Shown: positions 14,775 through 27,140 of the stretch, one piece after another | Numbering within the stretch: the stretch's first letter is position 1 | How the letters are laid out: every line of letters begins with the position of its first letter | Assembly (NCBI RefSeq): GCF_006345805.1 | Contig: NC_043010.1 | Location: 48,732,001-48,796,000, forward strand | Source: Octopus sinensis | Taxonomy: Eukaryota | Length of the DNA stretch: 64,000 nucleotides | Reading direction: 5' to 3' | Notes under the pieces: model-generated | Database searches by the model: none | What the model was told of the DNA's origin: nothing | The model's input: the letters and a program-made list of their open reading frames with translations, nothing else | Program-made: the position numbers and the translations under genes

Positions 14775-15171
14775 AAATACACAACAGGCTTCAACGCACT
14801 TTCCGTCTACCAAATTCACTCAAAAGACAGTGATCATTTCAGAGCTATAGTAGAAGACACTCAATATGCCGGACAGTCGGGGGATTCTAAAATGAACATC
14901 GTTGATGTTTACATCGAATAGGGGGTGAATATAAACAGAAAATAACAAAAAGGGTGAGGAAGAGCTCCTTCCTCAGAACAACATTTATGCCATTCGTTAG
15001 ATCAATAATGATGACCTGCCTGTGATTTCTCGCCTGTGGGTGGGCGCGAACTCTAAATGCTTTAGTTGTTTCTTTTTCAGTTTCAGTTATAATTTGCTTT
15101 AATTAATGCATATATTAACTATACCATTTTTACTTCAGGAAATTATTTGTCTTTTCTTTATAGATTTTTAT

Positions 15172-15324
15172 GTGTGGTAAGTAGCTTGCTAACCAACCAC
15201 ATGGTTCCGGGTTCAGTCCCACTGCGTGGCATCTTGGGCAAGTGTCTTCTGCTATAGCCCCGGGCCGACCAATGCCTTGTGAGTGGATTTGGTAGACGGT
15301 GAAACTGAAAAGAAGCCTGTCGTA

Positions 15325-15409
<85 letters not shown>

Positions 15410-15612
15410 TTGTGTGTCTGTGGTTGTCCCCCTAGCATTGCTTGACAACCGATGCTGGTATGTTTACGTCCCCGTCACTTAGCGGTTCGGCAAAATAGAC
15501 CGATAGAATAAGTACTGAGTTTACAAAGAATAAATCACGGGGTCGATTTGCTCGACTAAAGGCGGTGCTCCAGCATGGCCGCAGTCAAATGACTGAAACA
15601 AGTAAAAGAGTA
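15172..15612 (+). mobile_element. SINE family A
   Basis: Head, (TA)n centre and tail are all present. Confidence 0.88.
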
Positions 15613-18495
15613 AACGAGTAATGAATTTTTTAATAATATAACGTCTACCATGCCATATCGTTTGCGTTATAACTTGCCTGCCTCGGTCTAAGCGTATTTG
15701 CAAGCCACCAGTTCAAATTACATGGTATTTCCTTGCATCACTTCGAGCACTTGAGGCCAATAAAGTAAAATATTATACCATTATGAAGAGCACTGGAGGG
15801 TTCTGGGTCGGTAAGATTATTAGAGCGTCGAACAAAATGCCTGGTAGTATTTGTTTCAGCTCTTTACTCTCTGGGCTGAAATCCCACCAAGGTCAACCTT
15901 ACCTCCAGCCCTTTTCTTTTCCAAAACGTATGCCTAGGTTAGAAAACGTTATTATTAAAAATATTATTTTTCTCTTACTGTTGCCGTCGTGGTTGTTATT
16001 GCTGTCTCCCGAAAAATATGATATCAAGAGTTATTGAATACCCCGAGAAAATTCGTGTTTATGCATAAATTAATATCATGATTTTCAGATCATAGCAAAT
16101 GATTCAAATGCAGAGGTAGATTTCGCCTGTATAGAGAGGTTATATTCTAACTGACTTTTCTTAACCTTTAAATTGGTGTTAACTATTCATATGAATGAAT
16201 TTAATGCTTTCCTTGCTTCAAGGTCAGGTTTCTCTCGAATCCATTGCTGGATTGTCGAACATACTATATCTGTGGGTGTACCTTGTTGAGACAATAATTA
16301 ATTTCCGCATTCATGAAGCAAAGTAACAGAACGTTTACGATTCTCTTTCACCTATTTCTTTTCTTAATTTTCGTTCGACATTTATTTATTCTCCTTTCTT
16401 TTGTTTGATTTTATACTTTACATCCTAAGATCTCGCCTTTACCCTTTTATGCTTTATATTTGACATCCCAGATTTACTTGTAAACAGAAACTATGACATC
16501 TCTCTCACCCTAACCTTTCCATAGTAAACCTCACGTTTCTTTCCCCGTTTCAGTGGCAAACAGTTTACTCTGTGAGGATATCAACACTTCCCTTCATATA
16601 CTATTAGATTCGGTAATGTTTTAATCTACGAACTGAACAGAAAATAGATTAGTATGCACCAGGATCGGAGCATCTTTACTCAACAAAGTAATCAAGATTA
16701 TCACATATTGATTTGTAAATTCCAAGAATTTCAATTAGCGATTGTGAAAAGTACGAAAATATTATGTCGCCTGCTCGTCTTAGTTGTCAGAGAGGAAGTA
16801 TTTAGTACGTTTTTGTTACTTCTCGAGGTATTGCTGACCAAATCAGTTTCTGTTTAAAATATGTAGGAAATATGGAATCATTGCAATTTTTTCAGTTACT
16901 CTTTTCCTTTCCTGGTTCCAGTGAAGCCACTCTGGGACATTCCTTACGGGTGCTTAATCGATTCAATCAACCCCCCACCGTATTTGTTGACAGTTACTAT
17001 TTTCTTTATCGACTACAGAACTGGTAGAATCGATACATACATACATACATACATACATTCATTCATACATACATACACACACACACCACACACACCACCA
17101 CACACCCACACACACACCACACACACACACACACACATATATATTATATATATATATAATATATATAATATATAATATATATACATGCAAAATTAAGAGG
17201 AATGACCACTAAAGTGGACATTCTATATGCTAAACATAGACGTCAAATCGCCATTACCACAAAAAATGTGTTCTCAAAAAAAATTAGTGGTCAGTCCTCT
17301 AAATTTTGTATGTAACATAATTTTTAATCTTCGGATTTTTAAATATGCTAAGCCACAGGTTTTAATTGATTAACATCAATTTCTACCCTTAATTTAATTT
17401 TATATATGTATAGATATATATATATATGCATATATAATATATATATATATATATATATAAATATTGACTCTACCAGTTATAACTAGATTTTTTCATTTCC
17501 ACTAAATAATTAGTCAGTTAATTAGCATTTATAAAAAAAGGTTAAACTACATATATATGGATATGATATGTATACTAATACTTAACATAGCAAGGCATCC
17601 CACCTCTAATAAAAGATTTACGAGGAAAAAGTAACCCCTACATTGTTATATATTGTTCTTTTACATATTTTAACTAAATAAGGTAGGAATTTTCATTGAA
17701 TTTCTTTGTTAGAGAAAGTCTTATGTAACAAAATGTTACAGGATTTCACCGGTTTCTCTCTCTTTTTTTTAAAAAAAAAACTTCGCTACGCACTTTCTCA
17801 ATTTTGCCTTTCAATTTACAAAGCAACAGAACAACAAAGATGCCGCTACGTCGTCAGTAAATCGGGAAGAAATAGCTACCAAATCTTCCTGAATTCACAT
17901 TCTACTGTCCTTTGAAACATAATGAAATACTGCATAATGTATTCGTTGATAGACTTTGTCTGGAAATAAGTCAAAATAATTATAACTGAAGCATCTTTAA
18001 TCAATGGCCTGCTGAACAAGGATACTGATATGGGGATAATCTGTCAATCTCGTGTATTATCAATGATAACGATTTCTGATTTAGTACAAGGACAACAATA
18101 TTTAGATGAAGAGTAGGTAAGAAATACTATCGACTCTTGTACAACAACAATGATAATAATACGATCATGACCGACAAACCATTGGCACAATGTCAGCACA
18201 AAAATATATTAACAATTTGATATAACAATGGAGTTGGCATCCTCTGCTTTTGTTGTTATGTATCACGAGTTGTAACTTATACACAATCTGGTTTTTAGTG
18301 TGTATTTTAAGGTAAAAGGTTGTACAATAGTCTTTCGCTTGGGATTCGTAAAATATATTGTCCTCTTTTAAATATCGTACAATCAACTTCTTATGGAATA
18401 GATTCAGCATTATTCTTATCATGAAAATATTTGCGGGCTATCAATAGTGGCAATATATACATCAACATACATAAACATGCCCGCGCGTGCGCCCG

Positions 18496-18539
<44 letters not shown>

Positions 18540-19100
18540 CACACACGCACAAACACACACACACACACACGTGCGCGCGCGCGCGCACATACATACATCT
18601 TTTATTTTACTTGGTTAGACTGCGGCCATGCTGGTGCACCGCCTTCAAGGATTTTAGCCGAAACCATCGATCCCCAGGACTTACTTTTTTTAAAGCTTAG
18701 TACTTATTCTATCGGCCTCTTTGACCGAACCGCAAAGTTACAGACATAAACATACCAATACCGGTTGCGATGGTGGGGACACACGCGCGCGCACACACAT
18801 ACACACACATACATTTATATATATATATATATAATTAATTAATAAGGGTGAGAGAATTAGATACTAATTTAATAGTATATCTATTCAACACCAAGTGGCC
18901 TAGTGCTCCGAGAAACTGGATTATTATAATATTTTATAACATATTATAATATTTACAAAATAAAATAAGAGAGTGGTCACTAAATGGCTCACTCTAGCAC
19001 CAGTTAATCCAAAAGGTTTCAACCACGAAAATACATGTTTCCCACGAAAGTCAGTACGATTGTTAGCTCACACGGACAGGCAAATAAACAATAACAAAAA

Positions 19101-19196
19101 TACATTATTTTGGGACAATTGTTTCGCTATTAATGAATTAAATGTAATTTTACTTACAAAAAAATCCATTTGTAGCTCGTCAGCCAAAACTATCTG
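19101..19196 (-). ncRNA. Type I hammerhead ribozyme (array copy A)
   Basis: Plus-strand TCGTCAG at 19177-83 and GGGACAATTGTTTCGCTA at 19112-29 are the reverse complement of the core. The distal part of stem I lacks 2 nt. Confidence 0.8.
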
Positions 19197-19634
19197 GATG
19201 AAATCCACTCAATCACACGCCAGATTTTACCATAACGATAAATACGCGTGGGTCAATTGATTACATCCGACGTTATAATTCAAATGGCCCCAAACTAACA
19301 GCAGCGCGCGCACAAACTTTCACGAAAACAAATAACGCATTTAGAAATAACTGCAGCATAATTTAATAATTAATAAGGGGAGAGAAGAAGATACTAATTT
19401 AATAGTATATCTATTCAACACCAAGCGGCCTAGTGCTCCGAGAAACCTGGTTATTATAATATTTTATAACATATTATAATATTTGTTACAAAATAATATA
19501 AGAGAGTGGTCACTAATGGCTCACTTAGCACCAGTTAATCCAAAAGGTTTCAACCACGAAAATACATGTTTCCCACGAAAGTCAGTACGATTGTTAGCTC
19601 ACACGGACAGGGCAAATAAACAATAACAAAAATA

Positions 19635-19729
19635 CAGATTATTTTGGGACAATTGTTTCGCTATTAATGAATTAAATGTAATTTTACTTACAAAAAAATC
19701 CATTTGTAGCTCGTCAGCAAAACTATCTG
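19635..19729 (-). ncRNA. Type I hammerhead ribozyme (array copy B)
   Basis: TCGTCAG at 19711-17 and GAC at 19648-50. There is a one-base deletion at the base of stem I. Confidence 0.75.
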
Positions 19730-20358
19730 GATGAAATCCACTCAATCACACGCCAGATTTTACCATAACGATAAATACGCGTGTGGTTCAATTGATTACA
19801 TCCGACGTTATAATTCAAATGCCCCAACTAACAGCGCGCCAAACTTTCACGGAAAACAAATACAGCATGTAAGTAAAATTACATTTAATTCATTAATAGC
19901 GAAACAATTGTCCCAAAATAATCTGTATTTTTGTTATTGTTTATTTGCCCTGTCCGTGAGCTAACAATCGTACTGACTTTCGTGGGAAACATGTATTTTC
20001 GTGGTTGAAACCTTTTGGATTAACTGGTGCTAGAGTGAGCCATTTAGTGACCACTCTCTTATATTATTTTGTAAAAATATTATAATATGTTATAAAATAT
20101 ATAATAATCCAGGTTTCTCGGAGCACTAGGCCAATTGGTGTTGAATAGATATACTATTAAATTAGTATCTAATTCTCTCACCCTTATTAATTAATTATAA
20201 TTATGCTGCAGTTATTTCTAAATGCTGTATTTGTTTTCCGTGAAAGTTTGGCGCGCTGTTAGTTGGGGCATTTGAATTATACGTCGGATGTAATCAATTG
20301 AACCACACGCGTATTTATCGTTATGGTAAAATCTGGCGTGTGATGAGTGGATTTCATC

Positions 20359-20456
20359 CAGATAGTTTTGGCTGACGAGCTACAAATGGATTTTTTTGTA
20401 AGTAAGTTAAATTACATTTAATTCATTTAGCGAAACAATTGTCCCAAAATAATCTG
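20359..20456 (+). ncRNA. Type I hammerhead ribozyme (array copy D)
   Basis: CAGATAGTTTTGG-CTGACGA(20372-78)-GCTA..TAGC-GAAAC-AATT-GTC^CCAAAATAATCTG. Stem I is 13 bp with one A.A mismatch. Predicted cleavage is after 20443. Confidence 0.85.
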
Positions 20457-20890
20457 TATTTTTGTTATTGTTTATTGCCCTGTCCGTGTGAGCTAACAAT
20501 CGTACTGACTTTCGTGGGAAACATGTATTTTCGTGGTTGAAACCTTTTGGATTAACTGTGCTAGAGTGAGCCATTTAGTGACCACTCTCTTATATTTATT
20601 TTGTAAAAATATTATAATATGTTATAAAATATTATAATAATCCAGGTTTCTCGGAGCACTAGGCCACTTGGTGTTGAATAGATATACTATTAAATTAGTA
20701 TCTATTCTCTCACCTTATTAATTAATTATAATTATGCTGCAGTTTTTCTAAATGCTGTATTTGTTTTCCGTGAAAGTTTGGCGCGCTGTTAGTTGGGGCA
20801 TTTGAATTATAACGTCGGATGTAATCAATTGAACCACACGCGTATTTATCGTTATGGTAAAATCTGGCGTGTGATTGAGTGGATTTCATC

Positions 20891-20986
20891 CAGATAGTTT
20901 TGGCTGACGAGCTACAAATGGATTTTTTTTTGTAAGTAAAATTACATTTATCATTAATAGCGAAACAATTGTCCCAAAATAATCTG
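20891..20986 (+). ncRNA. Type I hammerhead ribozyme (array copy E)
   Basis: Same fold as copy D, with CTGACGA at 20904-10 and GTC^ at 20971-73. The cleavage site is 530 nt downstream of the copy D site. Confidence 0.85.
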
Positions 20987-21131
20987 TATTTTTGTTATTT
21001 TTTTTGCCCTGTCCGTGTGAGCTAACAATCGTACTGACTTTCGTGGGAAACATGTATTTTCGTGGTTGAAACCTTTTGGATTAACTGGTGCTAGAGTGAG
21101 CCATTTAGTGACCACTCTCTTATATTTATTT

Positions 21132-21209
<78 letters not shown>

Positions 21210-21773
21210 ATGTGTGTGTATATATATGTATGTATATATGTATATAAATGTACGCGCGAGTGTGTGCGTGTATGTGTATGTGTGTGTGGGGGCGTGTATG
21301 CGTGCGTGAATATGATTAATACTGTAACGGAATTCTTCAGCCGCTGTTTAATTACCGAATTCATTTTGCCGAAAGAATAAAGTTTACGAATGCCATGTCA
21401 TTTATTTAAAATTTCATCAAACGGAAAATATGAAAGAGATATCCGCTTCTCCATGAAACTGATGCAATTTTTCAATGATTATTTTCTTTACAATGCTCAT
21501 ATCTTCGGATAATTTTAGACTATGATTTTTTTTTCTCTAATTGTTTGTTTTACGCCAACGCATAAACTTGTCTCCACATCGGTGAAAAATTGAAGCCATT
21601 GCTTGTTTTGTTCCTTAATACAGATGAAGGCGAATTTATTCCTAGCTGCCACATTCAAACGAAGTGTGCAGGTTAAGGAGCGAAGTACTTGTCACACTGA
21701 GATATCTGCGGAAGATACGGAAGGGTTTCATACATTGTAAGGTGTAGGCGTGGCTGTGTGGTAAGAAGCTTGC

Positions 21774-22380
21774 CACACAGGTAAGGCGGCGAGCTGGCAG
21801 AATCGTTAGCACGCCGGGTGAACTGCTTAATGGTATTTCGTCTGCCGTTACGTTCTGAGTTCAAATTCCGCCGAGGTCGACTTTGCCTTTCATCCTTTCG
21901 GCGTCGATTAAATAAGTACCAGTTACGCACTGGGGTCGACATAATCGACTTAATCCCTTTGTCTGTCCTTGTTTGTCCCTTCTGTGTTTAGCCCCTTGTG
22001 GGTAGTAAAGAAATAGGTATTTCGTCTGTCGCTACGTTCTGAGTTCAAATCCCGCCGAGGTCAACTTTGCCTTTCATCCTTTCGGGGTCGATAAAATAAG
22101 GACCAGTAACGCACTGGGTCGATATAATCGACTTAATTTGTTTGTCTGTCCTTGTTTGTCCCTTCTGTGTTTAGCCCCTTGTGGGTAGTAAAGAAATAGG
22201 TATTTCGTCTGCCGCTACGTTCTGAGTTCAAATTCCGCTGAGGTCGACTTTGCCTTTCATCCTTTCGGGGTCGATTAAATAAGTACCAGTTACACACTGG
22301 GGTCGACATAATCGACTTAATCCGTTTATCTGTCTTTGTTTGTCCCCTCCGTGTGTAGCCTCTTGTGGGCAGTAATAAAA
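21774..22380 (+). mobile_element. SINE family B trimer inserted in a family A SINE
   Basis: Three ~184-bp units with one head, and a 12-bp TSD TAAGAAGCTTGC at 21762-73 and 22381-92. Confidence 0.9.
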
Positions 22381-23563
22381 TAAGAAGCTTGCTTCCCACG
22401 TGGTTCCGAGTTCAGTCCCACTGCGTAACAACTTGGGCGAATTTTTTCTACTATAGCCTCGGACCGACCAAAGCCTTGTGAGTGGATTTGATAGACGGAA
22501 ACTGAAAGAAGCCCGTCGTATATATGTGTGCGCGCGCGCGTACGAGCGTGTGCGTGAGTATGTGCCCTTGTGTTTGGTTCCACCCACCACCATCACCACC
22601 ACCACCACTGCTCGGCGAATGTGATGGTTTTGGCCTCTCTCATACACACGTACATACATGGACATATTTGTGTGTGTGTGTGTGTGAGTGCGTATGTTTT
22701 GGTAGGTGTGCGTATGTTTTGCTTGATTGTGCATGTGTGTGTGTGTGAAAGATAGGTAGACAGGGAGACTGTTGTCACCGTAGTAACTAACGAAACTCTC
22801 ACTATATATCAGTCTACTGTTAAAAGAAGGTACGTATATGGTTAACAAAAAAATCCACAAAATTCTGGGGCTTCCTTGTCCAGGTTAACGAGAGGTCCAA
22901 AGCGAAATGTGTTGATGTGTTTGCGGACCCGTAACTTGGCGGTTCGGCAGAAGCGCCCGATAAAATAAGTATCAGGCTTAAAAAATAAGTACTGGGGTCG
23001 ATCCATTCGACTAAAAATTCTTCAAGGGGGTGCCCCTGCATGGCCGCAATCTAATGACTGAAACAAGTAAAAGATAAAAGAATGCAATAGTTTTAGTCCC
23101 TATCAGGACAAAAGCTTACAATATCTTTAAGCATCTCCTGTATTTTCTGCGTGGGGCAAAGCAGTTCCAATCTTCATGTAAATCTGAAGAACTTTACTAT
23201 TCAGACATGACAGTGTTCCGATTTTTGCCTCTTTTCAAATGTTGTTTTATTTTAAATGTCTGTTGCAATATTTCAAGTGGTGTGCTTTCTTTTCGGAGGA
23301 TTTTCTCTTGGTTACTCTTATTAATACTGGAAGATGTGTTCAATAAAAATTAGGTCTTTGTCCATCGCCACGCTGTCGGTAAAAATATTTGATAATGATG
23401 CACGTACCTTCTTTTAATCGAAGACAGTTATATAGGGAAAGTCCCTTTAAATATTGTGGTGACAACAGTCTACCTATCTATCTATCTATCTATCTATCTA
23501 TATATCTATCTTTCTATCTATCTATCTATCTATATATCTATCTATCAATCTGTCTATCTTCTG

Positions 23564-23632
<69 letters not shown>

Positions 23633-23636
23633 CACA

Positions 23637-23673
<37 letters not shown>

Positions 23674-23927
23674 TTTCTCTCTCAACAACAACAACAATTA
23701 TAGACATTATAGTGAAAGTATTTTTTAAAGTACGTGTTGCATTGTCACTATATTCAAAAACATACAAAAACACACACACTCACACACACATAGTGCGTTT
23801 GTGGCTACTGAATTATTTTGACTCTTATTTCTAGCAATGCCGGTACCATTTAGTACCCTCTGTCACTTTAGTGACGTCTATAAATTTGCCTTTAGGTTGT
23901 TAAATTGCTAACAAGCCACCCATTATG

Positions 23928-24277
23928 GTTCTATATTTAAGAGATGAGGAATTATGTACATTATTTACATTATTTACATTCGACGGATATGGCGTAGTGG
24001 TTAAGAGCGCGTGCTACTAACCCCAAGATTCCGAGTTCGATTCCAAGCAGTGACCTGAACAACAACAACAACAATAATATAATAATAATAATAATAATAA
24101 TATAATAATAATAACAATAATAATAATAACATCGAAAAATACCTTAGGAATGAGAACCCAGATTCGAAATTTCCCCAAGACACCTGAAGAAGGCTGGAGG
24201 GTATATCAGCCGAAACGCTGTGTTAACAACAAACAAGATGAACACAAATATCTGTCGAATGTAAATAATGTAAATAA
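23928..24277 (+). mobile_element. tRNA-headed SINE-like element with Penelope-type hammerhead tail and inverted terminal segment
   Basis: A-box TGGCGTAGTGG at 23990, B-box GTTCGATTCC at 24035, an (AAC/AAT)n spacer, and a hammerhead-like core at 24179-24224. Positions 23961-23990 are the inverse of 24248-24277. Confidence 0.7.
24179..24224 (+). ncRNA. Degenerate hammerhead ribozyme motif
   Basis: GACAC-CTGAAGA-A-GGCTG gagggtatat CAGCC-GAAAC-GCT-GTGTT. Stems I and II pair, but the position equivalent to U16.1 is C, so this copy is likely inactive. Confidence 0.6.
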
Positions 24278-24284
24278 GCCATCC

Positions 24285-24361
<77 letters not shown>

Positions 24362-24903
24362 TCCATCGTTGTTGGTTCGATTCATTAATTGTAGGGGTTA
24401 CTTCCTAACATTGGCACACGGTCAGGAACTTTAGAAATCATATATTACAATGCATTGTAATATATTCTCCGATACAATTGTTAATTGCTTCCACACATAA
24501 ATTTATATTTGGCTTATTTATTACAACTGATTTATGCTTATTGAAGTTGGCCCCTTTTTCCCCCCTTCGCATACTCGTCTAGTATAGACATTATTGGTTT
24601 GACAATTAAAATAGATTTATGAACAAAATAAATAATGGAATTCTTTAATGTGATAAAGTACTTGATATCTCAGTGATCATTAGTTTTTATTGTAATAAGG
24701 TGTATATGTATATACGTGAGCATATGTGTGTATGCATGTACGTGCCATCATGTGTGTGTGTGTGTGTATATCTATATATGTATATATTATATGTATGTGC
24801 CTGAGTATGTGCGTGTGTGTGTGCGCGTGTACGCGTTTGTGATTTCAGTTTCTAACGAATCTGTACTAAGAGATGATGCACAATAAACATCAAACCATTT
24901 CAG

Positions 24904-24944
24904 ATGAGTTTTTCGTCCCCCGAGCAGATATTGAATCTGTTGAA
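24904..24944 (+). CDS. Candidate internal exon (DEFFVPRADIESVE), unknown gene
   Basis: TTTCAG acceptor, GTAAGA donor, phase 1 to 0. The protein is not recognised, and an antisense reading is also open. Confidence 0.2.
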
Positions 24945-25609
24945 GTAAGATTTTACAATAGCTATTATGGACCCTAAGGCCAAAAAAATAAGGCTTGTGT
25001 AGAGGCATCTTGCTCTCGAATTACCTAAAGCATATTTTAAACAGACATTTGAACAACGGAGCTCTCATGTGTGATGGTTCTTGACGCAATAAAATGTATC
25101 TTAGAGAGCTCTGAAATGTGGGGAAATATTTTTAAGGTCAGAGAGTATAGGAGATGAAAATTTTTTAATGTGTATATAGGGATGGTGGCGTGTAAGGCAA
25201 AAAAAAAAACACAGGAGAATTTATTCATAAATTCTGTTTTGTTTTGTTTACTATATGCATTCTGTAATCTACCCAACTGTAAAGCCCAATTAAGTGAAAC
25301 GGATTGATATGATCCGTTTCACAGTTTCCCTTTTGAATATACTGTCTTATAAAAGGAGCACATCGGATAATGTAATCCGTGATACACAATGCCTGAGCAA
25401 AAAATAGATGGGCTTGACAAGAATGTCGTTAAACGTAGATTTGTTTGATACACCTTATGTTAAATAACTTCCATTTTCTTCCTCATTGTTTCAAATGGCG
25501 TGGCTGGGTGGTAAGAAGATTGCCTCCGATTGGCACGACTTGGAGCCACCCAGGTGTTTTGTTGTGGCAAGAAGTCTGGTCGGGCAAGAAGATTGTATGT
25601 ATAAAAAAT

Positions 25610-27140
25610 ATATATAAAAATACAAAATGGGACGAGAACGCAAAACACTCAAATAGATGACACAAAAAACGGACGGGTCAATCGAAGCCTCTAATCTTCA
25701 GTCAAGAACCGGATCATCCTCGCAATTTCGGCTGATTAATCTTGAGATCGCTCCGATCCGGCCAGCCCCAAGGAAAAACTAAGCTAAGAAAAAGGATCGA
25801 ATGTATACGAAACAAGGACAGAAAAACGGACGATGCCACACGAATATAAATACAAAAAACAATAATAGTAATAACAGAACAAAAACAGCGGGTGTCTTAC
25901 GACTTTAGACAGTTCAACTTAGCTTAGCTGGCGTATTTGGAAAATAATGTCTTTACGGCAGACGAAGAAATCGATGTTGTCGTGGCGGATTCCTAAATGG
26001 ACGTATGTAAGAGGTTTATTGCCTCAAAATGGCTTTGTATGTCATAAATGTAAGAGGTCTATTGCCTCCTTAATGTGTTATTATGTAAGAGGTTTGTTGC
26101 CTCAAAATGTTTTATAAAAGAACAATGTGCTCGGGTATACAGCAATCGGCGTTGCTGTTGCCCTCATCATTATCATATCCTTCATCATCCCATCTCATTA
26201 TGTCCGTGTCCAGCCCGCAGCTTCCTTTCTGTGTAAGGCCCTTGTGACCAATTAAATGAATAAAAGAAGATTGCTTCCGGTTGAAGACTTCGGCCGTGTT
26301 TTATTTTTTGCGCTCTGTGAGTTGTCATTTTTATTCTTGAAACTGTTATTTATTGTAAACTGTTGTTGAAAATTATTGTTTAAAATTGTTATTGTGAACT
26401 GTTGCCTGTTTGCAAGCTGTGTTGGACTATTCTATTTCCCGGTATTTCGGGGAATAGTGAAATTTCTGTAGCCATTTGACAATTATTTATTTGATTGGAT
26501 TCTTCAACAGAGTCCATTTTTAATTTAGCCTTTGTATGCATTGTTGAACTGTGCCCCACCCCCAAACGGGGGTGGGATTTGAACTGTTGTTCCTATTGCG
26601 AGGAATTTATTTCTTGAACTGTGGGGAAAAAAGGGGGAAATCTACAATTTCATTAAAAAAAAAAACTGTATTCAGCCGTTTTAGGCTCTTTGTTTGAGCT
26701 GCGCCCCTCCTCCAGGAGTATGATTTGAACTGTTGTTCCCCTTGAGAAGAAATAATTTTTGAACAGAAAAAAAAAAGGAATGGAATCCTACAATTTTTCC
26801 TTTGGAAAAAAGAAGTGTTTTTTCAGCCGTTTTTGGCTTCATTGAGCTACACCCCTCCCCCTGGCAGTGGTGGGATTTGAACTTATTGATTGCTCCCCAA
26901 CCCAATCTTGGAACTGTGTTTTTTTGTTCGTGTGTTTTCTTCTCATTTATCTCGACCGAAATGTCAGTGGAGATAATAAAAGAAAAATGCTCTCTCGAGG
27001 AGAGTGAGGCTTTGGAGGCTAACCAGCCTCCAAAACAGTCGCCGCCGTAGAAATGGAAAGTCAGGAGATCCCATTGGTTGAATTCCAGGTAATGTTTAAA
27101 AGAATGACAAAGGAGGAGGGTGAAGGGATCTTTACCTTTT
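25610..27140. repeat. Composite unclassified repeat (probable retroelement terminal region) with internal tandems
   Basis: 25610-25770 is the inverse of 2860-3020. A 19-bp motif occurs three times at 26007/26050/26085, and a ~150-bp tandem has ~2.3 copies at 26544-26885. Confidence 0.55.

Larger units (their letters stand above)
18831..21130. repeat. Tandem array of a ~530-bp hammerhead-containing unit with an internal inversion (retrozyme / Penelope pLTR-like)
   Basis: The unit anchor TAATAAGGG is at 18840 and 19371, and the reverse anchors C(C)CTTATTA are at 20181 and ~20712, giving a period of ~531. Orientation switches at 19868/19869. Both ends abut (TA)n. Confidence 0.9.

Noticed and set aside
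21833-22380. Regularly spaced repeats as a CRISPR-like array
   Set aside because: These are ~184-bp SINE units with no unique spacers, in a eukaryotic context.
23990-24056. Functional tRNA gene
   Set aside because: It has A and B boxes but no complete cloverleaf or acceptor stem, and it is the head of a repeat.
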